Notes under the pieces: model-generated
Seen by the model: the letters and a program-made list of their open reading frames with translations, nothing else
The model's database searches: none
Told to the model about the DNA's origin: nothing
Shown: positions 37,189 through 46,833 of the stretch, piece after piece
How positions within the stretch are numbered: the stretch's first letter is position 1
Layout of the letters: every line of letters starts with the position of its first letter
Made by a program: the position numbers and the translations under genes
DNA from: an uncultured Candidatus Saccharibacteria bacterium
Lineage (GTDB): Bacteria > Patescibacteriota > JABMPQ01 > JAQVVF01
Assembly: GCA_964574655.1 (NCBI GenBank)
Contig: CAZNOH010000001.1
Span: 9,852-73,851, forward strand
Length of the DNA: 64,000 nucleotides
Reading direction: 5' to 3'

Positions 37189-37272
37189 TGCCCTGAGAGA
37201 GATTTGAACTCTCACGCCCTTGCGGGCACTAGCTCCTGAAGCTAGCCTGTATGCCAGTTCCAGCACCAGGGC
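37189..37272 (-). tRNA. tRNA-Leu (anticodon CAG), long variable arm
   Basis: The reverse complement folds as a cloverleaf: acceptor GCCCTGG/TCAGGGC, anticodon loop TTCAGGA (CAG, G37), variable arm TGCCCGCAAGGGCG, T-arm GAGAG-TTCAAAT-CTCTC. No encoded CCA. Confidence 0.85.
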
Positions 37273-37339
37273 TTGGGCTAATAACTAAATTCTAAATTAT
37301 AAATAACAAAATTTAAAAAATGTTAGTGATAAAAATTTT

Positions 37340-37376
37340 TATTTTGTGAGATTTGTGCTGAATTTGTGCAAATTAG
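37340..37376. repeat. Word repeat W7 (ATTTGTG x3, reverse complement of CACAAAT)
   Basis: ATTTTGTGAGATTTGTGCTGAATTTGTGCAAATT, ~70 nt upstream of tRNA-Leu on its strand. Confidence 0.65.
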
Positions 37377-39103
37377 GGATTCTTTATTTTTAATTTTGTT
37401 TTCATGTACCAATTTTCCACATCTGAAAATCGGTCTGATGGAACAAAAGTAAATTTTTGGTTGAAGCCTTTAACTTTTTTATTCTGTCCATATAAATAAG
37501 TTGGACTGTATAAAAATATTGCAGGAGCTTCATTGATTAAAAGTTCTTGAAATTTCTGATAGGTTTTTTTACGTTCTTCAGGATTGATTTGTTGACGGGC
37601 AGTTTCTAAAAGTTTATCAATATTATCTCTTTCTAAAGAAGAAAGATTTAAACCTGGATCTTTAGTTTGAGAAGAATGCCAAAAAGGATAAGGATCTGGA
37701 TCGTGACCTAACAATTGTCCATAAAGAAGAGCTTGATATTTTCTGGGACGAATATAATTAGATTGAAGATCTGTTGCCTCTAAAGCTTCAATATTAACTT
37801 TAGCACCAATACTTTCCCAGTTAGATTTAATAATTTCAGCTATTTTTTGAAATTCTGGCTGGTTAATTATAGTTAGAGTTATTTCGAGCGGTATATCTTC
37901 AAAAGTTAAAACATCATTATTTTTTTTCCAGCCACCTTTTTTTAAAGTTTTCTTTGCTTTTTCAATATCAAAGCTATATTTGTTGATTTCAGGACTATAC
38001 TTATAATAATTTGGTAGCAAAATAGGTGAAGTGATATAGGTTGCTTGCTTATCGGAAAAAACTTCGTTAATTATTTTTTCTTGATCAACAGCATAACTCA
38101 AAGCTTGTCGGACAGGCTTGTATTTTAAAGCATCATTTTCATTAGTATTAAAAAAGATAGCATAATATTGAGGTAAATTGAGAAGATATGAATTAATATC
38201 TTTTTTTATATTCTGTTGCTCTTCAAAAGGAATATAGCTGATGGCATCAATTTGTTTTTTATTGTAGGCAGTTATAAGATCAGGATAATCATTGTAAAAT
38301 TTAAAAATTATTTCAGAAAGATATGGTTTTTTATCGTAATAATCATTAAATTTTTCTAGAGTGTAAGAAACAACTTGGCCATTAGTTTTATCTTTTTTAT
38401 ATTCTTTGAATTTGAAAGGACCTGATCCCACTGGAACTAGATTTTGTTCAGAAAAAGGTGCATTTTTTGGAGGAATGTTTTCCCAAACTTTTTTTGGAAT
38501 AATGCCAAAGAGAGTATTTTCGGTGAGAAATGGAGAATATTTATCTTTTAATAATGTAAATTGAACGGTAAAATCATCAATTTTGCTGATTTCAACACCT
38601 TCAAAATTTATTTGCAAAGGGCTTTGATATTCAGGATTTTTGATTGCTGAAACTGTAAAAGCTACATCATCAGCGGTAAATGGTTCGTTATTGTGCCACT
38701 TAATATTATTTTTTAGTTTGAAAGTATATATTTTTTTATCTTTGGAAATTTCGTAAGATTCAGCGAGATCAGGCACCAGTTCTTGATTACTGTTATATTT
38801 CATTAATCCGCGATAAATTAGCTTGGTTAAATCTGAATCTACATCATTAGTTTGAGAATAGATTGGATTAATAAATTTTGGCGTGCCAACAACGCCTTCT
38901 GTGTATTTTCCTCCATTTGTAGCAATTGCCTCAATTCTTTTTGTGTATTGCTGATAGCCTAAAAATCCTAAACTAATGAATAGAATTATGATTAGGCCAA
39001 TGCTCAAGATTTTTTCTTTTTTGTTTAAGGCTTGTGGAAGATATTTGATTTGAGAAAAACGAGGAAGTTTTTGTTTTTTGTCCTCCGTGTTAAATTTGTT
39101 CAT
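37373..39103 (-). CDS. ABC transporter substrate-binding protein, family 5 (peptide/nickel-type), N-terminally anchored
   Basis: 576 aa with an N-terminal TM anchor and SBP_bac_5-like architecture (..YTFKLK.NIKWHN.EPFTADDV.FT..). Confidence 0.75.
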   Translation of the reverse strand: MNKFNTEDKKQKLPRFSQIKYLPQALNKKEKILSIGLIIILFISLGFLGYQQYTKRIEAIATNGGKYTEGVVGTPKFINPIYSQTNDVDSDLTKLIYRGLMKYNSNQELVPDLAESYEISKDKKIYTFKLKNNIKWHNNEPFTADDVAFTVSAIKNPEYQSPLQINFEGVEISKIDDFTVQFTLLKDKYSPFLTENTLFGIIPKKVWENIPPKNAPFSEQNLVPVGSGPFKFKEYKKDKTNGQVVSYTLEKFNDYYDKKPYLSEIIFKFYNDYPDLITAYNKKQIDAISYIPFEEQQNIKKDINSYLLNLPQYYAIFFNTNENDALKYKPVRQALSYAVDQEKIINEVFSDKQATYITSPILLPNYYKYSPEINKYSFDIEKAKKTLKKGGWKKNNDVLTFEDIPLEITLTIINQPEFQKIAEIIKSNWESIGAKVNIEALEATDLQSNYIRPRKYQALLYGQLLGHDPDPYPFWHSSQTKDPGLNLSSLERDNIDKLLETARQQINPEERKKTYQKFQELLINEAPAIFLYSPTYLYGQNKKVKGFNQKFTFVPSDRFSDVENWYMKTKLKIKNP

Positions 39104-39117
39104 TTAGCTAGTTTGGT

Positions 39118-39333
39118 TTAGAAAAACAGGTTTAGCATTGCCGTAACTAGAAAAAGTACAGCCAAAACTATTGTAGTTATAAAAATGGCTCTTTCTGCAC
39201 CTCTTTTGGTACGGTAAACATTGCCTTCACCGCCAAAGGTGGCAGACAAGCCAACTCCTTTATTTTGAATTAAAATAGTAATCATTAAGAAAACTGCGAT
39301 GATGATTTGAATAACGCTTAAGATATTTGACAT
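39118..39333 (-). CDS. secG: Preprotein translocase subunit SecG
   Basis: 71 aa, two TMs, conserved LLQNKGVGLSATFGG motif. Confidence 0.8.
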   Translation of the reverse strand: MSNILSVIQIIIAVFLMITILIQNKGVGLSATFGGEGNVYRTKRGAERAIFITTIVLAVLFLVTAMLNLFF

Positions 39334-39338
39334 TACGA

Positions 39339-39375
39339 GGTTATAAAGTTATAAAGTTTTTAAAGTAATAAAGTT
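39339..39375. repeat. Word repeat W4 (GGTTATAAAGTTATAAAGTTTTTAAAGTAATAAAGTT)
   Basis: Same TTATAAAG/TTTTTAAAG words in a different order. Confidence 0.7.
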
Positions 39376-39489
39376 GACAGGTAGTATGAAGATGTTTATT
39401 TTTTTAATTACTTTATCTAGCTTTCTGATTTTAGCATTAATCTGGTCAATTGACAATAGATTTTAAAAAAAGCCAGTTTTTGCTGGCTG

Positions 39490-40659
39490 TTATAAAATTT
39501 CTTCAATTGTGACGTTGATTATTCCCGCACTAGTTGTGCCGCCAATTTTTTCAAAATAATCATAGCGAAGATCAATTACTGTCGGCCAGCCAAATCCGCC
39601 GGTATCGTCAACTGTTACCTCAATATTTTGGCCAGTGCTTGTATTTGTGACTCGAAGTCTTGTTCCAGCTGGAAAGATATTGCAGGCAGCAATTGTTGGT
39701 CCATAATAGTAAGTTGCACGACCTCCAGTAATCACTTTGCCAACAGGATGTTTTTTTGTACCATAAACAATAATTTTATTTTGAGGTTTCAAGGTATTTT
39801 TTTCAGAAACTAGTTTTCTGCTGACTTCTTTGTTGTTTTCTAATTTAATTTCATAAACTTTTTCTAAAATTCCATTTTCTCCATTTTGGGTAACTTTTTG
39901 TTCATCTTCATACATTTGGTCTGAATATTCTGTTTCTGTCTCAAAAGCAACTTCGTTTTTAGTAGTTTCATTTTTTTTAGAGACTCGGATAATCTCAATA
40001 TTAGTATTATTTTCTATTTTAGAGTCTTTATTTGGAATAGAATAATCATCTTTGTCTAATTTAATGCCTGCTTGGGCAATAATTTTGTCCACTTTTTTTA
40101 GATGAGTTTTGATATTTCTTTCTTGTCCATCAACTGTGATATTGACTGAATTGGCTCGAGAAATCATTATTTTTCCATTGTCTTCAATTTTTTCATCTAA
40201 ATTTGGAATAATCGTATCTTCTTTAATGAGTTTAATTTTTTGTTCTTTTAAAATATCTTTAACAACATTTTTGTCAGTAATAATTTCTTGTTTATTCTTT
40301 TTATCAATAATGGTAACTGCATATTTTCTTTGAATATCAACTATGAGTAGACTGTATTTTTTAATATTGGTGTCTAATTTCGGTGTTATGATGTCATGTT
40401 GGAAAATAGAAATATTATTATCTGTTAAAGCTTCCTGCAATGATTCTTTATCGGAATTAAATTCCTTTTTTGAATCTTTATCATTGATAATAATTTTAGT
40501 TGTGTTTTGTTGTTGTGGTGTACGAGTGATTTTAGCTAATAGAACATGATTTTCATCTGTAATTACTAGAGTACCAAAAACAATGGTAATAATTAAAATT
40601 ATGATTAAAATGATAAAACGGATTTTGTTTGGTTTTGTTTGCATATCTCTAATTTGCAC
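39490..40659 (-). CDS. YabE-like cell-wall protein (DUF348 repeats + G5 + 3D/RlpA-like DPBB domain)
   Basis: N-terminal TM, repeated DUF348-like segments (..VTVDGQERNIKTH..), a G5-like region, and a C-terminal 3D-domain signature (GRATYYYGPT.AAC..FPAGTRLRVTN..TGQ.IEVTVDDTGGFG). Confidence 0.7.
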   Translation of the reverse strand: MQIRDMQTKPNKIRFIILIIILIITIVFGTLVITDENHVLLAKITRTPQQQNTTKIIINDKDSKKEFNSDKESLQEALTDNNISIFQHDIITPKLDTNIKKYSLLIVDIQRKYAVTIIDKKNKQEIITDKNVVKDILKEQKIKLIKEDTIIPNLDEKIEDNGKIMISRANSVNITVDGQERNIKTHLKKVDKIIAQAGIKLDKDDYSIPNKDSKIENNTNIEIIRVSKKNETTKNEVAFETETEYSDQMYEDEQKVTQNGENGILEKVYEIKLENNKEVSRKLVSEKNTLKPQNKIIVYGTKKHPVGKVITGGRATYYYGPTIAACNIFPAGTRLRVTNTSTGQNIEVTVDDTGGFGWPTVIDLRYDYFEKIGGTTSAGIINVTIEEIL

Positions 40660-40686
40660 GAATTAAGCACAAATGTCACAAATATT
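40651..40686. repeat. Word repeat W7 (AATTTGCACGAATTAAGCACAAATGTCACAAATATT)
   Basis: Lies between the divergent YabE-like gene and the 40735 promoter. Confidence 0.65.
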
Positions 40687-40734
40687 GCTGTATTTTTTAT
40701 TTTAGCAATTGGATATGAAATGTCAATTATTCCT

Positions 40735-40763
40735 ATTGATTTATTATTTAAGATGGTGTATAA
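40735..40763 (+). promoter_or_regulatory. Putative promoter TTGATT-N17-TATAAT for the 40813 gene
   Basis: Exact 17-nt spacing and a perfect -10; ~50 nt upstream of the SD/ATG. Confidence 0.5.
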
Positions 40764-40812
40764 TATGATTGGTTGCCTGAGAGGAGGCAGAATTGCGGAA
40801 GGAGGGTCAGAA

Positions 40813-41319
40813 ATGGACAAGAGGCAGTTGTTGGGAAAAATGCTGGAAGTGTTGCGAAAAGAAATTCCTGTGGAAAGAGTACCAGATAGCATTGAACAGG
40901 CTTGGATGTGTGATTTTGATTATGGCGATGGTGTTCATGAAAGGATGGAAAAGATTTTGGAAGAATGCGCAAGAGCTTTGGCGTTGGCGGTTTCCTTGGA
41001 GGATGATGTTGTCTTTGTTGAATTGACAGAATTGCGTAAACGGAAGGCGTTGCGTTTGGCAAAATACGATTTTGATGATGCTAAGCGACGCATTCTTAAG
41101 AAGAGAGCGATTAGTTCTTTGGAAGATGTTCCAGGTTATTTGGTGATTGCTGGAGCTAAATTGGAAGATATTGGATCTAGTCAGGAAGAGTTTGATAGAC
41201 TGAAAAGAATGTGTTTTGATGAAAGTTATGTTTTTAATGAGGAAGATTGCGTGAAAGGCGGATCAAATTATGACACTCAGGGAAAGGGTCATGACCCTGA
41301 GCGTGATCCTTTTTTCTAG
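40813..41319 (+). CDS. Hypothetical acidic protein
   Basis: Start at the ATG after GGAAGGAGGGTCAGAA; a TTGATT-N17-TATAAT promoter lies upstream. Terminator hairpin follows. Confidence 0.5.
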   Translation: MDKRQLLGKMLEVLRKEIPVERVPDSIEQAWMCDFDYGDGVHERMEKILEECARALALAVSLEDDVVFVELTELRKRKALRLAKYDFDDAKRRILKKRAISSLEDVPGYLVIAGAKLEDIGSSQEEFDRLKRMCFDESYVFNEEDCVKGGSNYDTQGKGHDPERDPFF

Positions 41320-41321
41320 TT

Positions 41322-41347
41322 CCTAAGTTTTACTTAGGATTTTTTTT
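41322..41347 (+). terminator. Terminator after the 40813 gene
   Basis: CCTAAG-TTTTA-CTTAGG followed by ATTTTTTTT. Confidence 0.65.
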
Positions 41348-41483
41348 GGCCTTTTTCTTGAATAATCTTGGCTAATTTTTTGACGCTTTGGCCGGAAATT
41401 TTCATCTTGTCTTTGCGTTTTTCTTTTTTTTCAGCTTTTTTTTCAAGTTCTTCTTGGATTTTAAAGTGATTATTGTTTTGCAT
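41334..41483 (-). CDS. Possible small K/E-rich protein (49 aa), unannotated by the 60-aa ORF cutoff
   Basis: Minus-strand ORF MQNNNHFKIQEELEKKAEKKEKRKDKMKISGQSVKKLAKIIQEKGQKKS. No SD, consistent with local style. It overlaps the terminator hairpin of the upstream gene. Confidence 0.25.
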   Translation of the reverse strand: MQNNNHFKIQEELEKKAEKKEKRKDKMKISGQSVKKLAKIIQEKGQKKS

Positions 41484-41496
41484 ATTCCATAGTTAT

Positions 41497-41581
41497 ATTG
41501 CAACCACTAAGGCACTAAAACGAGTTAAGACACAAAAAATCATTTTGTGTCTTCGTCAGTTTTGTGTTTTTGTGGTTGCAG
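41497..41581. repeat. Nested inverted repeats downstream of uvrC
   Basis: Outer arms TTGCAACCAC...GTGGTTGCA. Inner perfect 10-bp hairpin AGACACAAAA-AATC-ATTTTGTGTCT. Confidence 0.6.
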
Positions 41582-41596
41582 TTGTTTTATTTTAAA

Positions 41597-43396
41597 TTAT
41601 AAACTTTGCTTAATTTGCTGAGCAACTTTTTTGTTCGAGGCTTTTGTTAATTCTTTAATGCTTGCTTTTTTAATATTATCAATATTTCCAAATTTTAAAA
41701 GCAAATTTTTTTTATATTTTGGACCTAATCCTTGTATTTCGTCTAAAGAAGATATGATTGATTTTTTAGATCGAAGTTTTTTGTGATAGGTAATAGCAAA
41801 ACGATGCGCTTCGTCTCTAATTTGCTGGAGCAAATGAAGCTCTTTTGAATCTCTTGGTAAATTGATCGGCTTTTCAGTATTAGGGGTATAAATCTCTTCA
41901 AATCTTTTGGCTAAAGAAATTAAAGAAGTCTGCCAATTATGTTCGCCTAAAATTTCTAGTGCAGCATTAATTTGAGGTTTCCCACCATCAATGATAATTA
42001 GATCTGGTGTTGGCCAGTCGTTATGGACTCTTCGTTCTAAAACTTCTTTGATCATAGCAACGTCATTGGCCTGGAAGACAGTTTTGATTTTGAATAGCCG
42101 ATATTCTTTTTTGGAAGACATACCATTTTCAAAAACAACCATTGATCCAGTCGCAATTTTTCCTTGAATATTGCTGATGTCATAACATTCGATTCTATCT
42201 GGTAAAGTATTCAAATTCAGTATTTTTTGAAGACTTTTTAGAATCGAAATTTTTTCGCCAATTATAGATCCATTAAATTTTCGTCTTGTGTATTCAATAG
42301 CGTTTTTTATGCCTAAATCTAGCATTTGTTTTTTCTTACCAATGCTTGGAATAGTTATTGTTAATTTTAACCATTTCTCAATAAGATCTTGATCATTGAT
42401 TGTTTCTGGCAAGATTAATTCTTCTGGCCGATCAAGTTGTTTTTGATAATATTGTTTAATGAATGATTCTAGTAATTCTGAGTTATTTGAATCCGAATTG
42501 GCTTTTAAAAGGAAATTTTCTTTGCCAATTAGCTTGCCTTCACGAACGATAAAGAGATTAATAACAAAATCGTTTTCTTTACGATAAAGAGAAATATAAT
42601 CTTGGTTTTCTTGTTTTGGTGAGATGACTATTTGTTTTTTGATGATTGTTTTGATATCTTTGAGGCGATCTCTTAGTCTTGCAGCTCGTTCAAAATTTTT
42701 GTTCGCTGACTCTTGTGTCATTTTTTCTTCGAGATCTTTGGCGACCTGATTTTGTTTTCCTTTTAGAAATAGTTCGCATTGTCTGATTGTTTGATCATAT
42801 TCTTCTTTAGTTACTTTGCCAATACATGGAGCAAGACATCTTTTAATATGATATTTAAGACAAGCTCTTTGTCCAAATTTTTTGTTTAGGCCCGCCTGCG
42901 TTCTTTGTTCGGAACTTCGGCGGGTAAAATCTTTTTCGCAATCCCGGTACTTAAAAACCTTTTGTATTAGATCTAAAGTTTGGTTTACTGCATAGCCGTC
43001 AGTAAATGGGCCAAAATATTGTGCAGGTCCTTTTTCAATTTTTCGTACTGAATAGATTTTTGGAAAACTATCTTGATAATCAATTTTGATATACTTGTAA
43101 TTTTTATCATCTTTTAAGATAATATTATATTTGGGACGGTGTTGTTTGATCAAATTTGATTCTAATAACAAAGCTTCCAGTTCATTAGACGTTAAAATGT
43201 AGTCAATATTATTGGCTTGGTTAAGCATTTTTATCTTGTCTAAAGCTAAGCTGGCTGTGTTTTGAAAATAGGAATTTAATCTTTTCTTTAGATCCTTTGC
43301 TTTGCCAACATAAAGAATTTGTTTTTTGGCATCTTTAAAAAGATAAACACCAGGTTTATTGGGAATATTTTTAATTGTGGCTTTGTTGACAGACAT
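41597..43396 (-). CDS. uvrC: Excinuclease ABC subunit C
   Basis: N-terminal GIY-YIG (PGVYLFKDAKKQILYVGKAKDLKKR), UvrBC domain, RNase H-like and C-terminal HhH; 599 aa. Confidence 0.93.
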   Translation of the reverse strand: MSVNKATIKNIPNKPGVYLFKDAKKQILYVGKAKDLKKRLNSYFQNTASLALDKIKMLNQANNIDYILTSNELEALLLESNLIKQHRPKYNIILKDDKNYKYIKIDYQDSFPKIYSVRKIEKGPAQYFGPFTDGYAVNQTLDLIQKVFKYRDCEKDFTRRSSEQRTQAGLNKKFGQRACLKYHIKRCLAPCIGKVTKEEYDQTIRQCELFLKGKQNQVAKDLEEKMTQESANKNFERAARLRDRLKDIKTIIKKQIVISPKQENQDYISLYRKENDFVINLFIVREGKLIGKENFLLKANSDSNNSELLESFIKQYYQKQLDRPEELILPETINDQDLIEKWLKLTITIPSIGKKKQMLDLGIKNAIEYTRRKFNGSIIGEKISILKSLQKILNLNTLPDRIECYDISNIQGKIATGSMVVFENGMSSKKEYRLFKIKTVFQANDVAMIKEVLERRVHNDWPTPDLIIIDGGKPQINAALEILGEHNWQTSLISLAKRFEEIYTPNTEKPINLPRDSKELHLLQQIRDEAHRFAITYHKKLRSKKSIISSLDEIQGLGPKYKKNLLLKFGNIDNIKKASIKELTKASNKKVAQQIKQSL

Positions 43397-43480
43397 ATTT
43401 ACTTACATTATAGTATGATATTGGTTAATTATAAATGTTCTTTTGATAATTTTCAAGAAAAGAAGGAAGGAGGTGGAACA

Positions 43481-44152
43481 ATGCTTTGGGTGGAAGCAGA
43501 TTTGGTTGAAATTTGTTTGGCAAAACGGTTATTGAATTTAGGAAATGAAATATTTGCTTTTGCTTCAGAAAATAGTGACAAAAAATTGGCAATTGAAAGT
43601 CTTCGTTTTTGGGATGATGAGCGAAGAATTGTTCTTCCTTTCCGGACTGGTTCTGTTTTAATTGATTTGTCTTTTTTGTTAGGTGTTGCAAAGTGTTCTT
43701 CAATAAATGTTGTTAGTGCCTGTAAGAAATGGTCATTGCAAAGACGTGGCTATGAATTATTGGGATTAAGAATTGAAGAGAGCGGGTTGATTGTAGCAGA
43801 AAAGCAAGATTTTAGTGGATTTGGCAGTGATAATTGGCAAGTGTTGCGAATCGGAGACGATGGATACAGTATTTGCGTTCATGTTCAAGGAACTGTATCA
43901 GTATGGAGATTCTTTTTTGATCAAACGAGAGTTAAACTAGTTTTAAATCGGAAATTAGTTCTATCATTGAAGGATAAGCGTATTTTTGCCAATGTTGGTA
44001 GTTTGAGAAAAGCAATGTTAAATAAGCAAGGTATTGATGCAGATGACATTGAAAAATTAGCTGATATGATATATACTTGTTATAGAGATATTCAGGGCGT
44101 TCTTGTTCCAAGAGATTCCGTGGCAGACAAAAGCCGCGATGTTGCTCCCTAA
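43481..44152 (+). CDS. Hypothetical protein
   Basis: Start at the ATG after GAAGGAAGGAGGTGGAACA; leader motif TGTTCTTTTGATAA upstream. No family recognised. Confidence 0.5.
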   Translation: MLWVEADLVEICLAKRLLNLGNEIFAFASENSDKKLAIESLRFWDDERRIVLPFRTGSVLIDLSFLLGVAKCSSINVVSACKKWSLQRRGYELLGLRIEESGLIVAEKQDFSGFGSDNWQVLRIGDDGYSICVHVQGTVSVWRFFFDQTRVKLVLNRKLVLSLKDKRIFANVGSLRKAMLNKQGIDADDIEKLADMIYTCYRDIQGVLVPRDSVADKSRDVAP

Positions 44153-44348
44153 GAAAGAGAAGGAGGGAGCCCAAATATTAGCTTCCAAAATGGAAGCAAA
44201 ATTTTGACAGAACACTGACCATTCTTTGGAGAGGCAAGGGGAATGACAACTTGTACATTTCGCATAGACCCCAATTAGGGTCTTTTTGTTTGCCTTAAAT
44301 TAAGGATTTTTGTATAATGATATGTTATATTAGTTAATTTTCAAAACC

Positions 44349-45047
44349 ATGTATAAAACTAATGGCGGAAATAATAATTTTGGAAAAGGTATTTTTTTAG
44401 GATTTGTTGTTGCATCAATTTTGTTTGGTATTATTTTTTTGTTTAGCAGTTGTGGAAATGATGACAGAAAAAATACTGAAGTGAACAATGAAAATAGTTC
44501 TGTTGAAGTATATCGACCAAATGAAATAGCTATTAATTCAAATGAAAATTCTGTGAATGTGAATTCTAATGTTAATGAAACTAATGAGAATTTGAATGTA
44601 AATGAATTAAATAAAGAAGATATTGGTGGAAAAGAATATAGCGATACGTTCAACGGACAAAAATTTGCTTTTACTATTATAGATGGTTTTCAAACAGATG
44701 AAACAGAAAAAAATAAAGTTGGATTAGTTGATTTGTCAGATGGTACAGCAAATAATAAAGGTAATATAGTTTTTACATTTAAGAGTAATAAACAAAATTA
44801 TAATTTTGATAGATATTATGATGGATTAAATGATGTTAACTATTTTTCTGATTCTTCAGGCGGTTTTGAGAAATTAAAAATCAATGGTTTGGATGCATAC
44901 AAGTTTAAAAATGTTGCTGGCTATTCAAGCTCAACAGTAATTTCAGTAAAAACAAATGGCGGATATGTTGAGATTTCTGATTTAAGCAATAAATATCAAA
45001 ATAATGGGACTTTTGATAAGATTGTGCAATCCTTTACTATAAAGTAA
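44349..45047 (+). CDS. Putative lipoprotein, N/S-rich
   Basis: Signal/anchor helix followed by LFSSC (lipobox-like) and a low-complexity Asn-rich region. Confidence 0.5.
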   Translation: MYKTNGGNNNFGKGIFLGFVVASILFGIIFLFSSCGNDDRKNTEVNNENSSVEVYRPNEIAINSNENSVNVNSNVNETNENLNVNELNKEDIGGKEYSDTFNGQKFAFTIIDGFQTDETEKNKVGLVDLSDGTANNKGNIVFTFKSNKQNYNFDRYYDGLNDVNYFSDSSGGFEKLKINGLDAYKFKNVAGYSSSTVISVKTNGGYVEISDLSNKYQNNGTFDKIVQSFTIK

Positions 45048-45146
45048 ATAAAGCAATAAATAGATATTTGTATTGCTTATTTGTGCTTTTTAGATTATTC
45101 TGGGATATTAGTTTGTTCCTTACAATCAGGGGAGGAGGAGGACGAG

Positions 45147-46646
45147 ATGGCAACAAAAGTTTTGGAGTATTCGAAAGAATTTAAGCAGCGAAGAATTTTC
45201 AACTGGCTGATGTTTGGAACGACTTACATGATTGTTTACATGGGTCGGTATAATTTGAATGCAACCAGTCATGATTTGGAAAAACTCTATGGATTTACTC
45301 ATTCTGATTATGCTAGCATTGGACTCTTGGGATTTTTTATTTATGGCGTGTCAATGTTGATTACTGGTCCGTTGTCTGATCGTCTTGGAGCAAAAAAAGC
45401 AATTTTGATTGCAACAGCTGGTTCTGCTGTTTTCAACTTTGCAATCGGTCTATTGTTTTTTAATTCTTGGGTTGCTAATTTGGCGTTGAGTATGTCTCTT
45501 TTGTATGGTTGCAATATGTTGTTCCAATCATTTATTGCTTTGGCTGTGATTAAAGGAAATGCGCCTTGGTTTCATATAACTGAACGTGGCAGATATGGCG
45601 GTTGGTTTGGAGCAATCTTGTCTTGCGGATACTTTATGGCTTTGACTGTCGGTGGATTCATTCTTTCGTATTTGCCAATTTATTGGGTTTTCTTTATTCC
45701 TTCGGCATTGATTGGTTTGATGTTTCTGGTGGATTATCTTTGGTTAAGTAACAAACCAAGTGAAGCAGGCTTGATTAATATTGATCCGGAAGATGCAACT
45801 TCGAAAGAGATTCGTTTTACTGCCAAAGATTTGTTGGATAAAGTATCTCAATGGTTGGAATATCATCGAGACGATAATTATCACGTTATTATTTTCTCTG
45901 AGTATTTGAGATTGCATGAAGCAATGGAAGATCAGGATCTGGAAAGAATTGAGATGTTAACAAGAAACTTGATAGAAACCGCTCAAGTTGTTGGCATTGA
46001 TTGCAAAATTGAAAAGCCGAAGATGTTTGATATTTTGAAATGGGCATGGTCGCAGAAGGTGATCAGGCGTTTGACTTATTCAGAATTTTGCACTGGATTT
46101 GTACGGCAAGGCATTATGTACTGGTTTATTTTGTATCTGGCGAATGTCTGGGAAGTGAAAAAAGGAACTGGTTTGTTTACTGTTGCAACAATGGGGATCA
46201 CTGTTGGCGGTGTTTTGGGAGCAATCATTTGTGGACAAATGTCTGATCGGGTGTTTGGTTCACGGCGGGCGCCAGTGGCATTTATTTTTTATATAATGCA
46301 AGCTGTAAGTTTGGTTTTGTTGGCAAATGCTTCTGGACCAACTATGGCATCGTTGATGATTCCAATTCTGGCGATGTGGATTTTCGGAGTGCATGGAATG
46401 CTGACTGGAACAGCAACAATGGATTTTGGCGGTTCAAGAGGCGCTGCAACGGTTACGGCAATGCTTGATGGCATTCAGTATGTTGCCTCGACAATTTGTG
46501 TTTTTGGAATGGGCAAGTTGCTTGATTTGACGAAAAGTTATGATTATTGGGCATATTCGTTGGTTCCTTTTGCATTGATGGGAGCATTTCTGATGCTGAC
46601 TATTTGGAATGAAAAACCAGCAGGTAAAAAAGTAGGAGCACATTGA
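45147..46646 (+). CDS. MFS transporter (sugar-phosphate/OFA-like) with a large central cytoplasmic insertion
   Basis: 12-TM-like profile, MFS signature GPLSDRLGAKK after TM2, SD GGGGAGGAGGAGGA before the ATG. The upstream in-frame Met at 45081 was rejected. Confidence 0.7.
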   Translation: MATKVLEYSKEFKQRRIFNWLMFGTTYMIVYMGRYNLNATSHDLEKLYGFTHSDYASIGLLGFFIYGVSMLITGPLSDRLGAKKAILIATAGSAVFNFAIGLLFFNSWVANLALSMSLLYGCNMLFQSFIALAVIKGNAPWFHITERGRYGGWFGAILSCGYFMALTVGGFILSYLPIYWVFFIPSALIGLMFLVDYLWLSNKPSEAGLINIDPEDATSKEIRFTAKDLLDKVSQWLEYHRDDNYHVIIFSEYLRLHEAMEDQDLERIEMLTRNLIETAQVVGIDCKIEKPKMFDILKWAWSQKVIRRLTYSEFCTGFVRQGIMYWFILYLANVWEVKKGTGLFTVATMGITVGGVLGAIICGQMSDRVFGSRRAPVAFIFYIMQAVSLVLLANASGPTMASLMIPILAMWIFGVHGMLTGTATMDFGGSRGAATVTAMLDGIQYVASTICVFGMGKLLDLTKSYDYWAYSLVPFALMGAFLMLTIWNEKPAGKKVGAH

Positions 46647-46652
46647 TTTAGT

Positions 46653-46678
46653 ACTCGCTTAGTTTAGCGAGTTTTTTA
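46653..46678 (+). terminator. Terminator after the MFS transporter gene
   Basis: ACTCGCT-TAGTTT-AGCGAGT followed by TTTTTT. Confidence 0.7.
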
Positions 46679-46681
46679 TTT

Positions 46682-46764
46682 CAGAGCGTCAGAGTATTGG
46701 AACGTCGGAGCTTCGGAAGTTCCGACGTTCTGACGTTCTGACGGTCCGAAGTTCTGAAGCTCTG
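46682..46764. repeat. Word repeat W6: ~80-nt compound palindrome of CGTCAGAG / GACGTTCT / CTTCGGAAG words
   Basis: CAGAGCGTCAG...GGAACGTCGGAGCTTCGGAAGTTCCGACGTTCTGACGTTCTGACGGTCCGAAGTTCTGAAGCTCTG. The outer arms, and AACGTCGGA/TCCGACGTT inside, are complementary. Confidence 0.7.
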
Positions 46765-46833
46765 TTTTCAAGCTTGCAACTATTGAAATAATTGGTTATA
46801 CTTATCATTAACTGTTTATAAAATAATTATTTT

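Noticed and set aside
44153-44348. Possible small RNA between the 43481 gene and the lipoprotein gene (hairpins GCTTCCAAAATGGAAGC and GACCCCAATTAGGGTC)
   Set aside because: It contains only two simple hairpins, the second followed by a T-run that works as a terminator. It shows no recognisable family signature (tmRNA, SRP, RNase P or 6S motifs absent).
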